Counted from the stretch's first letter, positions 9,076-17,101 are shown. The stretch is 34,050 nt of DNA from a virus (IMGVR_UViG_3300020045_005277:1-34050); one strand, 5' to 3'. Numbers and translations are program-made. The notes: generated by a model from the letters alone, not told the origin.

Positions 9076-9103
9076 TATTGTGGCTAACAAGTCGATAATC
9101 ACA
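9074..9103 (-). other. attI-like simple site (right junction of the array)
   Basis: Minus strand GATTATC-GACTT-GTTAGCC: degenerate L box, 5-bp spacer, GTTRR-type R box; no hairpin follows. Confidence 0.6.
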
Positions 9104-9174
9104 ATCCTCATAACTAACTATTACTCAATACCAGTTAAAAATTTTTCACGACTAAAATATAATCGCAACTAAAT

Positions 9175-9417
9175 ATGCCTAAAGCAGTAACATCCATAGA
9201 TATAACTAAAAGATTTTGCGAAATAGTGCAAAATAATGAACTGGACATAAGTGACGAAGTGAAAATTATTGAACTGATGACTTCGAAATATAATTTTCAA
9301 ACAGTTTAGAATTGTGCCAAAAGTAAAAATATGAGTTATAATGGCGTTATAAAACAAGTAGAAGCTGAGAAAATTCCAACTTTGACAATCGGCGAAGTTT
9401 TATTTTGCTTTATGTAA
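9175..9417 (+). pseudogene. Small HTH/excisionase-like protein with an in-frame TAG
   Basis: MPKAVTS...YNFQTV*NCAKSKNMSYNGVIKQVEAEKIPTLTIGEVLFCFM; TAG at 9307-9309; the C-terminal half resembles a winged-helix Xis-like fold. Confidence 0.55.
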
Positions 9418-9436
9418 ACTGCAATCACTGCACTTC

Positions 9437-9469
9437 AAAGCCTCTACACTTGTAGGGGCTTTTTTTTTT
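9437..9469 (+). terminator. Intrinsic terminator closing the accessory island
   Basis: GCCTCTAC-ACTT-GTAGGGGC hairpin followed by T10. Confidence 0.85.
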
Positions 9470-9484
9470 GCCTTTATTTACATC

Positions 9485-10570
9485 ATGAAAACACTCGATC
9501 TATTACATGACGTTGTTGATGAGCCCACACGGGTCGAATACGCTGAAAAAGGTATACAGTGTATTTCTGTTGAAGATGTGCGCAGTTTTATAAATGCTAA
9601 CAAAAACGAAGATTTACAATTCAACATCTCGACATTAGGCGGAAATCTAGCAGCCGCAATAACAATATCAAGCCTCATAAAATCTCATCCTAAAAAAACA
9701 ATCGGTAATATAGTTGGATTAACTGCAAGTGCTGGTACTGTCATTGCTGACAGTTGCGACGAAACAATAATGTCCGATAATACCTTATTTTTAGTTCATA
9801 ACGGCTGGAAGGAAGTAACAGGTAATGTTTACGATTTTCAAAAAGCCGCTGAAGATTTAGCCAAAAGCGATGCGATTATGATTAAACTTTATCGCGAAAA
9901 AACCAAACTTCCTGATGAAAAAATTATTGAAATAATGAAGGCTAGCGATTGGATGTCACCAGTTGAGGCCGAAAAATTAGGTTTTATCGATCGGATTTAT
10001 TCCGGTTCTAAAATAGCTGCAAGCGCAATTATTTCCAGCGCAAAAGAGCAAAATGTTAACGAATTATTAATTTTAAAACTCAAAGAAAAAATGTTAAAAT
10101 TCCCTTGGCAAAAGGAAACAAAAGCCGGCATAGTCGGTTATCCTTTAGCACTTGTGGCAGGTACGGCGATTATGAACGCTGAAGTTCCTGCCCCCGGTGT
10201 AGAAATTGCGCCCCTTGGCGCGATGTCTTTAGAAGATGGTGAGTACGAGCTTGCAGACGGTCGCAAGATCACAGTTGCTGGTGGCGTTATCACTGTAGTT
10301 ACTGATCCCGCAGCTCCTGCTATGGATGCCGTTGCCTCAACTGAAGAAGTTGTTGCTGCTGTTGCTCCTGTTATTGCTGCTGAAATCGCAAAAGTAGAGG
10401 CCAAATTTATGGCTGAACTTGGTAAGATTCAAAGTACTCACACACCTGTAAAAGGCGTTAGTATTGCTGCTCCTTCTGCTAAGGCTCAAACCCCACAGGA
10501 TTCCGCTGCAAAGGTTGAAGCAATTGCCGCTGGTATTCAGAAAAAAATTCAAGAATCTCGTAAAGCTTAA
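9485..10570 (+). CDS. ClpP-like prohead protease fused to a scaffold domain
   Basis: ISTLGGN, GLTASAGT (Ser), FLVHNGW (His) and WMSPVEAEKLGFID motifs; Ala/Pro-rich C-terminal scaffold with LEDGEYELADG. Confidence 0.9.
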   Translation: MKTLDLLHDVVDEPTRVEYAEKGIQCISVEDVRSFINANKNEDLQFNISTLGGNLAAAITISSLIKSHPKKTIGNIVGLTASAGTVIADSCDETIMSDNTLFLVHNGWKEVTGNVYDFQKAAEDLAKSDAIMIKLYREKTKLPDEKIIEIMKASDWMSPVEAEKLGFIDRIYSGSKIAASAIISSAKEQNVNELLILKLKEKMLKFPWQKETKAGIVGYPLALVAGTAIMNAEVPAPGVEIAPLGAMSLEDGEYELADGRKITVAGGVITVVTDPAAPAMDAVASTEEVVAAVAPVIAAEIAKVEAKFMAELGKIQSTHTPVKGVSIAAPSAKAQTPQDSAAKVEAIAAGIQKKIQESRKA

Positions 10571-10575
10571 TTGTT

Positions 10576-11517
10576 ATGGCATTAACTCTAACAAATACAA
10601 ATTACAACGGCGAAGTTTTAGAAAACTTGTACCTTGTAACTGGAGTAGGCAACGAGGTTGTTGAAAAAGGCGCAGCAAAATTGCACGTAGACATTTCTAC
10701 AAAAAAAGCTCTTCCCAGAATTTCGCAAACTGTTGATCCTATTGGGGATTATCAGGCAGGCGCACCGGGTGGAGAAACAGCTACAACTACTTACGCAGAA
10801 CGCGAATTAGTTGTAGAGCCAATGACTGTTTACGAAACATTTTTACCAAAAACTTTTCACGACCTTTGGAAAAAATGGCAGTCTATAGGAGACTTTACTA
10901 ACTTGGAATTAAATAACGAACTTTTAAATTCAGTTCTTGAATTGTTTAAATCTGGTATCGGAACTCAAATGTCAAAATTATTCTGGCAGGGTGACAAAAC
11001 TTTAGGGGCTGCAAATCCATTAAATAAATTTAACGGTATCATAACCCGCGCCAAACTTGACGCGAACGTTATCAAACCAACACCAGCCGGAAATATTACA
11101 GACCAGTCGTTTGTTGATATTCTTGCCGCTGTTTGGGCTGCAATTCCTGACAAATTTCTCGACGATCCTGATTTTGTTTTGCATGTTAATACAACTGACT
11201 GGAAAACCATGCAGGCTGGCAACACAAAATTAAAAGAAGCGTTTGTCGGTGTTTTTGGTATGAACATGGAAACCATGTACAACGAAAAAAGAATCAAACA
11301 TTTCCAAGGAATTCCACGTCACCACATCGTTGGTGCAAAAGTAACCACGGGCGAAGATTCTAACCTTAACATGGGTGTTTGGGTTGATCCTGTTAGTGAG
11401 GTTCCTTTAGTTGATCGTGTTGCTAACAACAGTCCTCAGTGGTTCTTGCGTCTGGATTTCAAGGCAGATGCAAACTATCGTGTTCCTGAAGAGCTTGTAC
11501 TTTACACACCAGTTTAA
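10576..11517 (+). CDS. Major capsid protein
   Basis: 313 aa directly after the protease; LFWQGD...NKFNGII motif typical of HK97-fold capsids of Bacteroidota phages. Confidence 0.85.
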   Translation: MALTLTNTNYNGEVLENLYLVTGVGNEVVEKGAAKLHVDISTKKALPRISQTVDPIGDYQAGAPGGETATTTYAERELVVEPMTVYETFLPKTFHDLWKKWQSIGDFTNLELNNELLNSVLELFKSGIGTQMSKLFWQGDKTLGAANPLNKFNGIITRAKLDANVIKPTPAGNITDQSFVDILAAVWAAIPDKFLDDPDFVLHVNTTDWKTMQAGNTKLKEAFVGVFGMNMETMYNEKRIKHFQGIPRHHIVGAKVTTGEDSNLNMGVWVDPVSEVPLVDRVANNSPQWFLRLDFKADANYRVPEELVLYTPV

Positions 11518-11519
11518 AA

Positions 11520-11915
11520 ATGAGAAATTTAATATTAATTAGTTTGCTGGTAGTTCTAGGAATTGCCGCAAACGCTCAAGCAGGTTATCAGACTTTTACA
11601 GCTGATACCACAAAAGGGGCTCAGACAAAGTATATAACTTCTACGGTTGCAACTCCTTACATGGGGTTAGCTTCGTTCGAGTTTACTCTTAAAGGGTTCG
11701 CTGCGTCTGATGACATTGTAGTAACATTGCAAGGTAGTAACGATTCATTTACAAAAGTATTTGACGTTGATACTACAACATACAGTGCAACAACTGTTAA
11801 TAGCTATGTTATGATCGACAATCCTGCTAAATATTTGAAATATCGTTTAAAACTAGTAGGGGCTTCGGGTGACACTGTTCGGGTTTATAATCCCATTTTT
11901 ATTTATAAGCGATGA
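11520..11915 (+). CDS. Signal-peptide-bearing beta-sandwich protein (paralog A)
   Basis: MRNLILISLLVVLGIAANA|Q Sec signal; FTADTTKGAQTKY; LQGSND...YLKYRL. Confidence 0.7.
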   Translation: MRNLILISLLVVLGIAANAQAGYQTFTADTTKGAQTKYITSTVATPYMGLASFEFTLKGFAASDDIVVTLQGSNDSFTKVFDVDTTTYSATTVNSYVMIDNPAKYLKYRLKLVGASGDTVRVYNPIFIYKR

Positions 11916-12292
11916 AAATATTACTCATATTTGTTTTTGTTCTTGGCTCTGCATTAGTGCAGGGTCAAGTTGCAAACCAAGTGTTTGCAAACGACACGAC
12001 TAAAGGGACGCAAACTAAATACTTTGTAGGCTCGAAAGAGGCCGGAATTTATCAAGGTATTGCAGGTTTTGTTTTTACAACCGCGCACGATGGGGCTACT
12101 ATTTATTTGGATGGGTGTTATACAACCAATAACTGGCAGCCAATTGATACCTTAGTAGTTTCAGGCGCTACATTAACCAGCCGAAAATTATCACAAAGCC
12201 CGCCTTTTTATAAAAATTATAGGCTCAGGTGTGTTGGTAACGGAGGTGATACTTGCTATATTCAAAATGTCCGTTACATTCTAAAATATTAA
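11912..12292 (+). CDS. Signal-peptide-bearing beta-sandwich protein (paralog B)
   Basis: MKILLIFVFVLGSALVQG|Q signal; FANDTTKGTQTKY; YKNYRL...GDT shared with paralog A. Confidence 0.7.
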   Translation: MKILLIFVFVLGSALVQGQVANQVFANDTTKGTQTKYFVGSKEAGIYQGIAGFVFTTAHDGATIYLDGCYTTNNWQPIDTLVVSGATLTSRKLSQSPPFYKNYRLRCVGNGGDTCYIQNVRYILKY

Positions 12293-12294
12293 AA

Positions 12295-12846
12295 ATGGCT
12301 ACAAATGTAAAAATTGATAGGGGCGTTGCTTTTGACGGCGCTGCTATTGTACAGGGAGGTATAGGTAATTATATCTTATGGATAAATAAAGAGGACTTAG
12401 ATAATGGGGTCATCACAGAGGACGCTATTTCTAAAGAAATAGAAACTATTACCTTAGCGGCTGGGATGACTGCCTACAAGTTAGAATCTTCAAAAGGTTC
12501 TGCTCAAATTATTCCTTCTAGTCCTTTTCGTGCAGTTAGTGCAATAGATGGTTTTGACCATTCAATTGACATGCGTATTGTTGACATGAGCCAGTTATCA
12601 ATTGATAACGCAAAAAGAATGCGATTTCAAAAAGGGGTCGTAATAATTCCATTAACAAGCGGTAAATCTTTGATGTACGGTCGCCGCGTTGGTATGCGAA
12701 TGAGTGATTTTCAAATGATGCCTGGCGACGCTGACACAGGCGGAACTTTTCAGGTTGTAATTAAAACACCTGATAACGACCCGCCCGAAATTGATCCGCC
12801 TCACTTGATCGAAAGTACTTTCGACATTTCCACCTTACTGGCATAG
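12295..12846 (+). CDS. Major tail (tube) protein; probable start at ATG 12295
   Basis: MATNVKIDRG...QGGIG...IETITLAAGMTAYKLE...LMYG..VGM, 183 aa, resembles Bacteroidota siphophage tail-tube proteins. Confidence 0.7.
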   Translation: MATNVKIDRGVAFDGAAIVQGGIGNYILWINKEDLDNGVITEDAISKEIETITLAAGMTAYKLESSKGSAQIIPSSPFRAVSAIDGFDHSIDMRIVDMSQLSIDNAKRMRFQKGVVIIPLTSGKSLMYGRRVGMRMSDFQMMPGDADTGGTFQVVIKTPDNDPPEIDPPHLIESTFDISTLLA

Positions 12847-12876
12847 CCATGCAAGGCAACGAAAAAAAATATTATC

Positions 12877-12915
12877 ATAAAGGTGGCTTATTTCAATTCG
12901 ATAAGCTACCTTTAT
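12877..12915 (+). terminator. Long hairpin after the tail-tube gene (terminator or mRNA stabiliser)
   Basis: ATAAAGGTGGCTTAT / ATAAGCTACCTTTAT, 14 WC + 1 G:T, 9-nt loop, followed by ATTTT. Confidence 0.55.
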
Positions 12916-12939
12916 ATTTTAAAAATAAACTAAATAACG

Positions 12940-13356
12940 ATGGAAAATCAGAATCAAAAAGCACAACAAAAAGCAGCCGAAGAAAAGGCAGCAGCGGAGA
13001 AGTTAGCAGCTGAAAAAGCAGCCGAAGAAAAGGCAGCAGCGGAGAAGTTAGCAGCTGAAAAAGCAGCCGAAGAAAAGGCAGCAGCGGAGACTTCGAAAGT
13101 CGACCCCACCAAGTACGACAAATACACCTCTTTAAAATTCTTGTTTCTTTCGGGTGCAAAGGTTAAAGACGAGGTTAAAAAAGAACTTGAAACTTTGGAA
13201 GCTGAATTAAAACTTTGTGCGGGGGCTAAACCTGTTCGCACAGTTAGGGCAGCTATCAAAAATGAACATTTTCTTTTAGTAGAAGGCGTGCCAGTACCGC
13301 AAGCAATTGAGGCCGCAATAAAGATAGAAGGTTCAGAAAAATACTATTTCGGTTAA
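12940..13356 (+). CDS. Hypothetical protein with Ala/Glu/Lys repeats
   Basis: KAAEEKAAAEKLAAE repeats encoded by a 45-bp tandem repeat. Confidence 0.7.
   Translation: MENQNQKAQQKAAEEKAAAEKLAAEKAAEEKAAAEKLAAEKAAEEKAAAETSKVDPTKYDKYTSLKFLFLSGAKVKDEVKKELETLEAELKLCAGAKPVRTVRAAIKNEHFLLVEGVPVPQAIEAAIKIEGSEKYYFG
12968..13090 (+). repeat. 45-bp perfect tandem repeat, about 2.7 copies
   Basis: AAAAAGCAGCCGAAGAAAAGGCAGCAGCGGAGAAGTTAGCAGCTG at 12968, 13013 and partial at 13058. Confidence 0.9.
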
Positions 13357-13504
13357 ACTGGAATCATTGAGTATCAATTAGTTATCATTTTAGTAAATCT
13401 TAATTTTAGCATGAAAAAACTCAGTACTGATAATCAGACACTTCTGCTTCTGCACAAGGCGATATTTGAAAGCAGTACGGGTAATTGTGCAATATATTGC
13501 AAAT

Positions 13505-14854
13505 ATGGAAGCTAATAACGGCTCAACACTCACACAAGATAACGGCAACTTAAAGGTTGCCGTTAATTCGATTCAACGGACTTTGTTTGTTGAGCGGTTA
13601 CATGTTAATATTGCTTATCCAGCTGATAGAATTATTCCATACGACCGCGATAATCTTTACCCCAACAAAATAAAATCTATAGCTCAACGGTCAGGAACAA
13701 CCATGAGCGCGATCGGAACTCTTTCCTCGTTTATTTCGGGTGAAGGGTTTCAGTCCATGGATACCGTCGTAAATCGCGAAGGGCAAACGCTTTGGGATAT
13801 ATTAAGGCACGTTTCGTTTAGTCGGTCGATGTTTGGCGGTTTTGCTTTACATTTTAATTATAATTTACTAGGTCAAATTATTGAAATAAACCCCATTAAT
13901 TTTGAATTTGTTCGCTGGTCAAAATGTTTGACTAAATTTTCTGTTAATCCTGATTGGTTCAGACGGTCGAGACGAAAGGAAGAAATTGAGTACAACTCTT
14001 TTTATCCTGAAAATGTCATAAACGAAATAAATGAATGTGGCAACATTCACGATTACAAAGGCCAAATATTATACTGGATTCCAAATATTAAAGATTACTA
14101 TCAACCTTGTAACTGGGATTCCGTTATGGATGATGCTCAATTTGAGGCAGAGGCTAAGCTTTATAGCTTATCTTCAATTCAAAATGATTATTCCCTTGCA
14201 GGTATCATTTCATACCCCAAAAATATCACAGACAAAGGCGAAATAGATTCGATTAAAGAAGAAATAGCAAGCGATAAAGGCAGCGCAAATGCTGGAGGTA
14301 TTCGCGTTATTGGCGCAATGCCTACCGAAAATTTTAATAATTGGAAATGGTTTACGCCAATTTCCAGAAATAACATTGATGGTTTACACACCAATCAAAT
14401 CGAACGGGCAAAGTTAAACATTTACGCAGCTTTTAGACAGCCACCTATTTTGAACGGTGTTGCTACGGGCGGAATGTTTAATCAGGAAAGCTTTGCCGAT
14501 GCCTTTAATTATTATAATACACAGACCGAAACCGAACGCAAAGAAGTCGAAAAGGAACTAACAAAAATTTTATCATATAGTGTTTGGCCTATACAGGTGC
14601 AAATTACGCCAAAATCTTTTGCCTTACGATCGGCTGACGGTTCGGCACCTATGCAAAATAATGCGGTAAACGCTGAGGTTAACAGCACGTTGACAAATTT
14701 AACAGGCCGTCAATTACAAGGTGTGTTTCGGATCACGAAAAGGTATAAGAAACAAGAACTTAGCTACGAACAAGCGGCTCAGTTGCTGTCTGATGGATTC
14801 GGATTTTCTGAAGATCAAGTACAAATCTGGTTAATAAATGATGATGGAAACTAA
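13505..14854 (+). CDS. Portal protein; probable start at ATG 13505
   Basis: About 449 aa; YDRDNLYP, GGFALHFNYN, KGSANAG and IYAAFRQPPILNG motifs typical of Bacteroidota phage portals; C-terminal NLTGRQLQ extension. Confidence 0.85.
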   Translation: MEANNGSTLTQDNGNLKVAVNSIQRTLFVERLHVNIAYPADRIIPYDRDNLYPNKIKSIAQRSGTTMSAIGTLSSFISGEGFQSMDTVVNREGQTLWDILRHVSFSRSMFGGFALHFNYNLLGQIIEINPINFEFVRWSKCLTKFSVNPDWFRRSRRKEEIEYNSFYPENVINEINECGNIHDYKGQILYWIPNIKDYYQPCNWDSVMDDAQFEAEAKLYSLSSIQNDYSLAGIISYPKNITDKGEIDSIKEEIASDKGSANAGGIRVIGAMPTENFNNWKWFTPISRNNIDGLHTNQIERAKLNIYAAFRQPPILNGVATGGMFNQESFADAFNYYNTQTETERKEVEKELTKILSYSVWPIQVQITPKSFALRSADGSAPMQNNAVNAEVNSTLTNLTGRQLQGVFRITKRYKKQELSYEQAAQLLSDGFGFSEDQVQIWLINDDGN

Positions 14855-15347
14855 TTTAATCACTATATCGGACGTTCAGCAATATCGCCAAATAGATTCG
14901 AAATTTAATCAAAATCGATTTGATACTTTTTGTCAAGAAATTCAGCGCAAAAATTTACGTGGTCTTTTAGGCGATAAGTTGTATTATGCATTTATGGCTG
15001 ATACCAGAACCGCCGGAATTTATAAAGAACTTTTAGACGGTAAAGAATATTCCGGAATGAATTTTTACGGACTCAAGCCTATTTTGTGTTACTGGTGGTT
15101 AGCCATTGCAGCCCGTGAAAGTGATCTTTTCCACTCTAATGTTGGAGCTATTCAGTTTACAAATAACCCACAGCAAAACTTCGAAACAGCAAAAGAAAAA
15201 GAACGCATTGCAACGGGTTACATGGAAACCGCTCAAACTTATGCAAATGACTGCATAAACTTTTTATCAGCTAATGCCTCAAATTATCCGCTTTGGATTG
15301 CTTCAAGTGAGGTTAATCAAACTAATTTTCTAACTTTTAAAGTATGA
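14838..15347 (+). CDS. Head-tail adaptor (connector) protein
   Basis: Follows the portal; LITISDV...EIQRKNLRGLLGDKLY...GLKPILCY helical pattern of head-tail adaptors. Confidence 0.6.
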   Translation: MMMETNLITISDVQQYRQIDSKFNQNRFDTFCQEIQRKNLRGLLGDKLYYAFMADTRTAGIYKELLDGKEYSGMNFYGLKPILCYWWLAIAARESDLFHSNVGAIQFTNNPQQNFETAKEKERIATGYMETAQTYANDCINFLSANASNYPLWIASSEVNQTNFLTFKV

Positions 15348-15703
15348 AATATTACCAAGCCACTGGATTATTGACTACTGAATTAGGTAGTAAAATTGCT
15401 ATCGGTTACGCTGGCAGGGATAAGGGTAAAAATAACACAGCTATGGAAAATGTGAGTAATGTTGGTCCCTTGCCTAAGGGCAAATACACTATTGGCAAAC
15501 CATACGATTCTGAAAATACTGGAAAATTTACGCTTCCATTAATTCCTTTTCCGGAAAATAAAATGTATGGTAGGTTAGGTTTTGCCATCCACGGAGATTC
15601 TATTTCAGCCCCTGGCACTGCCTCCCGTGGTTGTATAATAATGCCTCGAAAAGCACGCGAAGAAGTTAACAATTGTACTGATAAAATACTCGAAGTTTTA
15701 TGA
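15344..15703 (+). CDS. Tlde1/DUF2778-family L,D-transpeptidase-fold peptidoglycan enzyme; candidate endolysin
   Basis: GYAG...NVGPLPKGKYTIG...GRLGFAIHGDSISAPGTASRGCII (His...SxGC catalytic motif); no signal peptide; next to the holin. Confidence 0.85.
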   Translation: MKYYQATGLLTTELGSKIAIGYAGRDKGKNNTAMENVSNVGPLPKGKYTIGKPYDSENTGKFTLPLIPFPENKMYGRLGFAIHGDSISAPGTASRGCIIMPRKAREEVNNCTDKILEVL

Positions 15704-15891
15704 AAGCATTAGAAAATTACTACAAGCCAACTCCAAAAAAGTGGCGTATAATTGGGGATAGCATCCAAGATATAGCTATTGCGGCGGGGTCTATTGTTGC
15801 CATGGTTGCAGCACCTCCTGCATGGGTTCCGGTAGGTATTTTAATTTTGGGCAGAATTGGTAAAATAATTACAAATTTTGCTAGTGAGTAA
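15700..15891 (+). CDS. Putative holin
   Basis: 63 aa; YKPTPKKWRIIGD followed by two hydrophobic segments; ATGA-coupled to the peptidoglycan enzyme. Confidence 0.65.
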   Translation: MKALENYYKPTPKKWRIIGDSIQDIAIAAGSIVAMVAAPPAWVPVGILILGRIGKIITNFASE

Positions 15892-15908
15892 AAAATAGTT
15901 TAACTTTG
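15877..15908 (+). promoter_or_regulatory. Bacteroidota-type promoter
   Basis: TTTG 15877-15880, 20-nt spacer, TAACTTTG 15901-15908. Confidence 0.55.
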
Positions 15909-15930
15909 GATGTACTAAAAAATTAATCTC

Positions 15931-16275
15931 ATGCAAGACATTGACAAATTAAAACAAACAATTGAAGATGGTATTGAAGTTTTCGAAGCCATTCAAGAAG
16001 ATTTAAAAGACGACAAATTATCGTTAATTGAAGGCGCAAGCCTTGTAATAGCTCACGGAGGTAAAGCCGTTCGTTTTATAGGTTCCATAAAAGAAATAGC
16101 CGAAGAAGTAAAAGACGTTGACGGCGAAGAAATGAAGCAGTTAATTGAGGAACTTTCCGATAAATTCGGAGCCTCTGAAGATGTAAAAGATGCGATTGAA
16201 CAAATTGCCATCGGTGCTGGATATCTAAATGCAGGTATTCAGAAACTTATTAAAAACAAAGAATCAGGTAGTTAG
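15931..16275 (+). CDS. Hypothetical acidic helical protein
   Basis: 114-aa ORF with its own promoter-like motif and a downstream terminator. Confidence 0.7.
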   Translation: MQDIDKLKQTIEDGIEVFEAIQEDLKDDKLSLIEGASLVIAHGGKAVRFIGSIKEIAEEVKDVDGEEMKQLIEELSDKFGASEDVKDAIEQIAIGAGYLNAGIQKLIKNKESGS

Positions 16276-16305
16276 TAGATTTCATGTGTATTAGTTTTAG
16301 GTTTT

Positions 16306-16342
16306 CCCCCTTGTTTCGAGTAAGCAAGGGGGTTTTTATTTT
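16306..16342 (+). terminator. Intrinsic terminator ending the late/lysis region
   Basis: CCCCCTTGTTT-CGAGT-AAGCAAGGGGG then TTTTTATTTT. Confidence 0.85.
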
Positions 16343-16372
16343 GACGAAAGTACTAAAATAAGTGACGAATGA

Positions 16373-16404
16373 TTTGCAATATATTGCAAGTACGACTATC
16401 TTCA
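16373..16404 (+). promoter_or_regulatory. Early promoter with a palindromic operator
   Basis: TTGCAATATATTGCAA 16374-16389; TTTG 16373-16376; 20-nt spacer; TATCTTCA 16397-16404 (imperfect -7). Confidence 0.55.
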
Positions 16405-16435
16405 CTTCATCAAATAACAAAAAAAACAAAACACT

Positions 16436-16846
16436 ATGAATACCTATGAATATAGCCGTAATGGCGAAACACTTATCTTTTATAAAGAAGAGAACGATAA
16501 CAAATTTTCATTTTTAATTAAAGATAACCCCGAACTAACTGCTAAACTATTATTAAACGTTTCGCAAAAAAGAATTAAAGAGGAAAAAATAAAATATGCC
16601 GTGAATGGCATTTTCGAAAAATTAAAAAACACCGATAGTATAACTAACAAACTACCAGTTGTTGTTTATATTAATGATAATATACCATTTGAGGCATTTG
16701 TCACAAAACCAGATTTCGCGGGTGACATATCCAAAGCCATGGTTTTTTTAGAAACTTACCACGAAATTTCGTACAGTACTAAGGATCGTATTAATATTTT
16801 CATATACGATTCGATTACTAAAGAAAGAATATTTCTTGAATCTTAA
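16436..16846 (+). CDS. Hypothetical protein (first early gene)
   Basis: 136-aa ORF with an A-rich leader. Confidence 0.65.
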   Translation: MNTYEYSRNGETLIFYKEENDNKFSFLIKDNPELTAKLLLNVSQKRIKEEKIKYAVNGIFEKLKNTDSITNKLPVVVYINDNIPFEAFVTKPDFAGDISKAMVFLETYHEISYSTKDRINIFIYDSITKERIFLES

Positions 16847-16867
16847 AGTATCATTAAAAATAATATC

Positions 16868-17101
16868 ATGACACCACAATTCGAAGCCACTTTAAAAAAA
16901 GTAAGAGGTAATATTTCAGACATTAACTCAGTAATTGCCAGTAGAACAATTCTTTGTAATGAACTTCGCCAACAACTCAAGAAAAATAACGAATTTCAGG
17001 CCGTGCATTTCTGCCATGATTGCGGTAAGCCTTCAATAGCTGCCAACATGCAGCAAGTTAATGACAATTATTATTGTGGAATTTGTTACTCGGAATTGTA
17101 A
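16868..17101 (+). CDS. Small zinc-finger protein
   Basis: CHDC...CGIC. Confidence 0.65.
   Translation: MTPQFEATLKKVRGNISDINSVIASRTILCNELRQQLKKNNEFQAVHFCHDCGKPSIAANMQQVNDNYYCGICYSEL

Larger units (their letters stand above)
7895..9103 (-). mobile_element. Integron-like array of two gene cassettes (7904-8514 and 8515-9087) in an attI-like site; no integrase in the window
   Basis: Two attC-like hairpins are present. Each gene is bracketed by 14/15-bp complementary GTTRRR-type boxes. Deleting 7904-9087 gives the palindrome TGTGATTAAC-AAGTC-GATAATCACA. Confidence 0.75.

Noticed and set aside
8019-9088. IS/MITE elements or invertible segments defined by the 15-bp inverted repeats
   Set aside because: No transposase, invertase or target duplications; the intervening hairpins and split palindrome fit a cassette model better, although inversion is not formally excluded
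9074-9103. dif/Xer site
   Set aside because: The reconstructed site has a 5-bp spacer and lacks the TTATGTTAAAT-like XerD arm
9307-9309. TAG stop-codon reassignment (crAss-like code 15)
   Set aside because: Core genes are intact under code 11, TAG ends genes at 12846 and 16275, and the other nearby interruption is TAA
9346-9355. Extra copy of GTTATAAAAC as a fourth att box
   Set aside because: It lies inside a coding frame with no hairpin or partner; probably chance in AT-rich DNA
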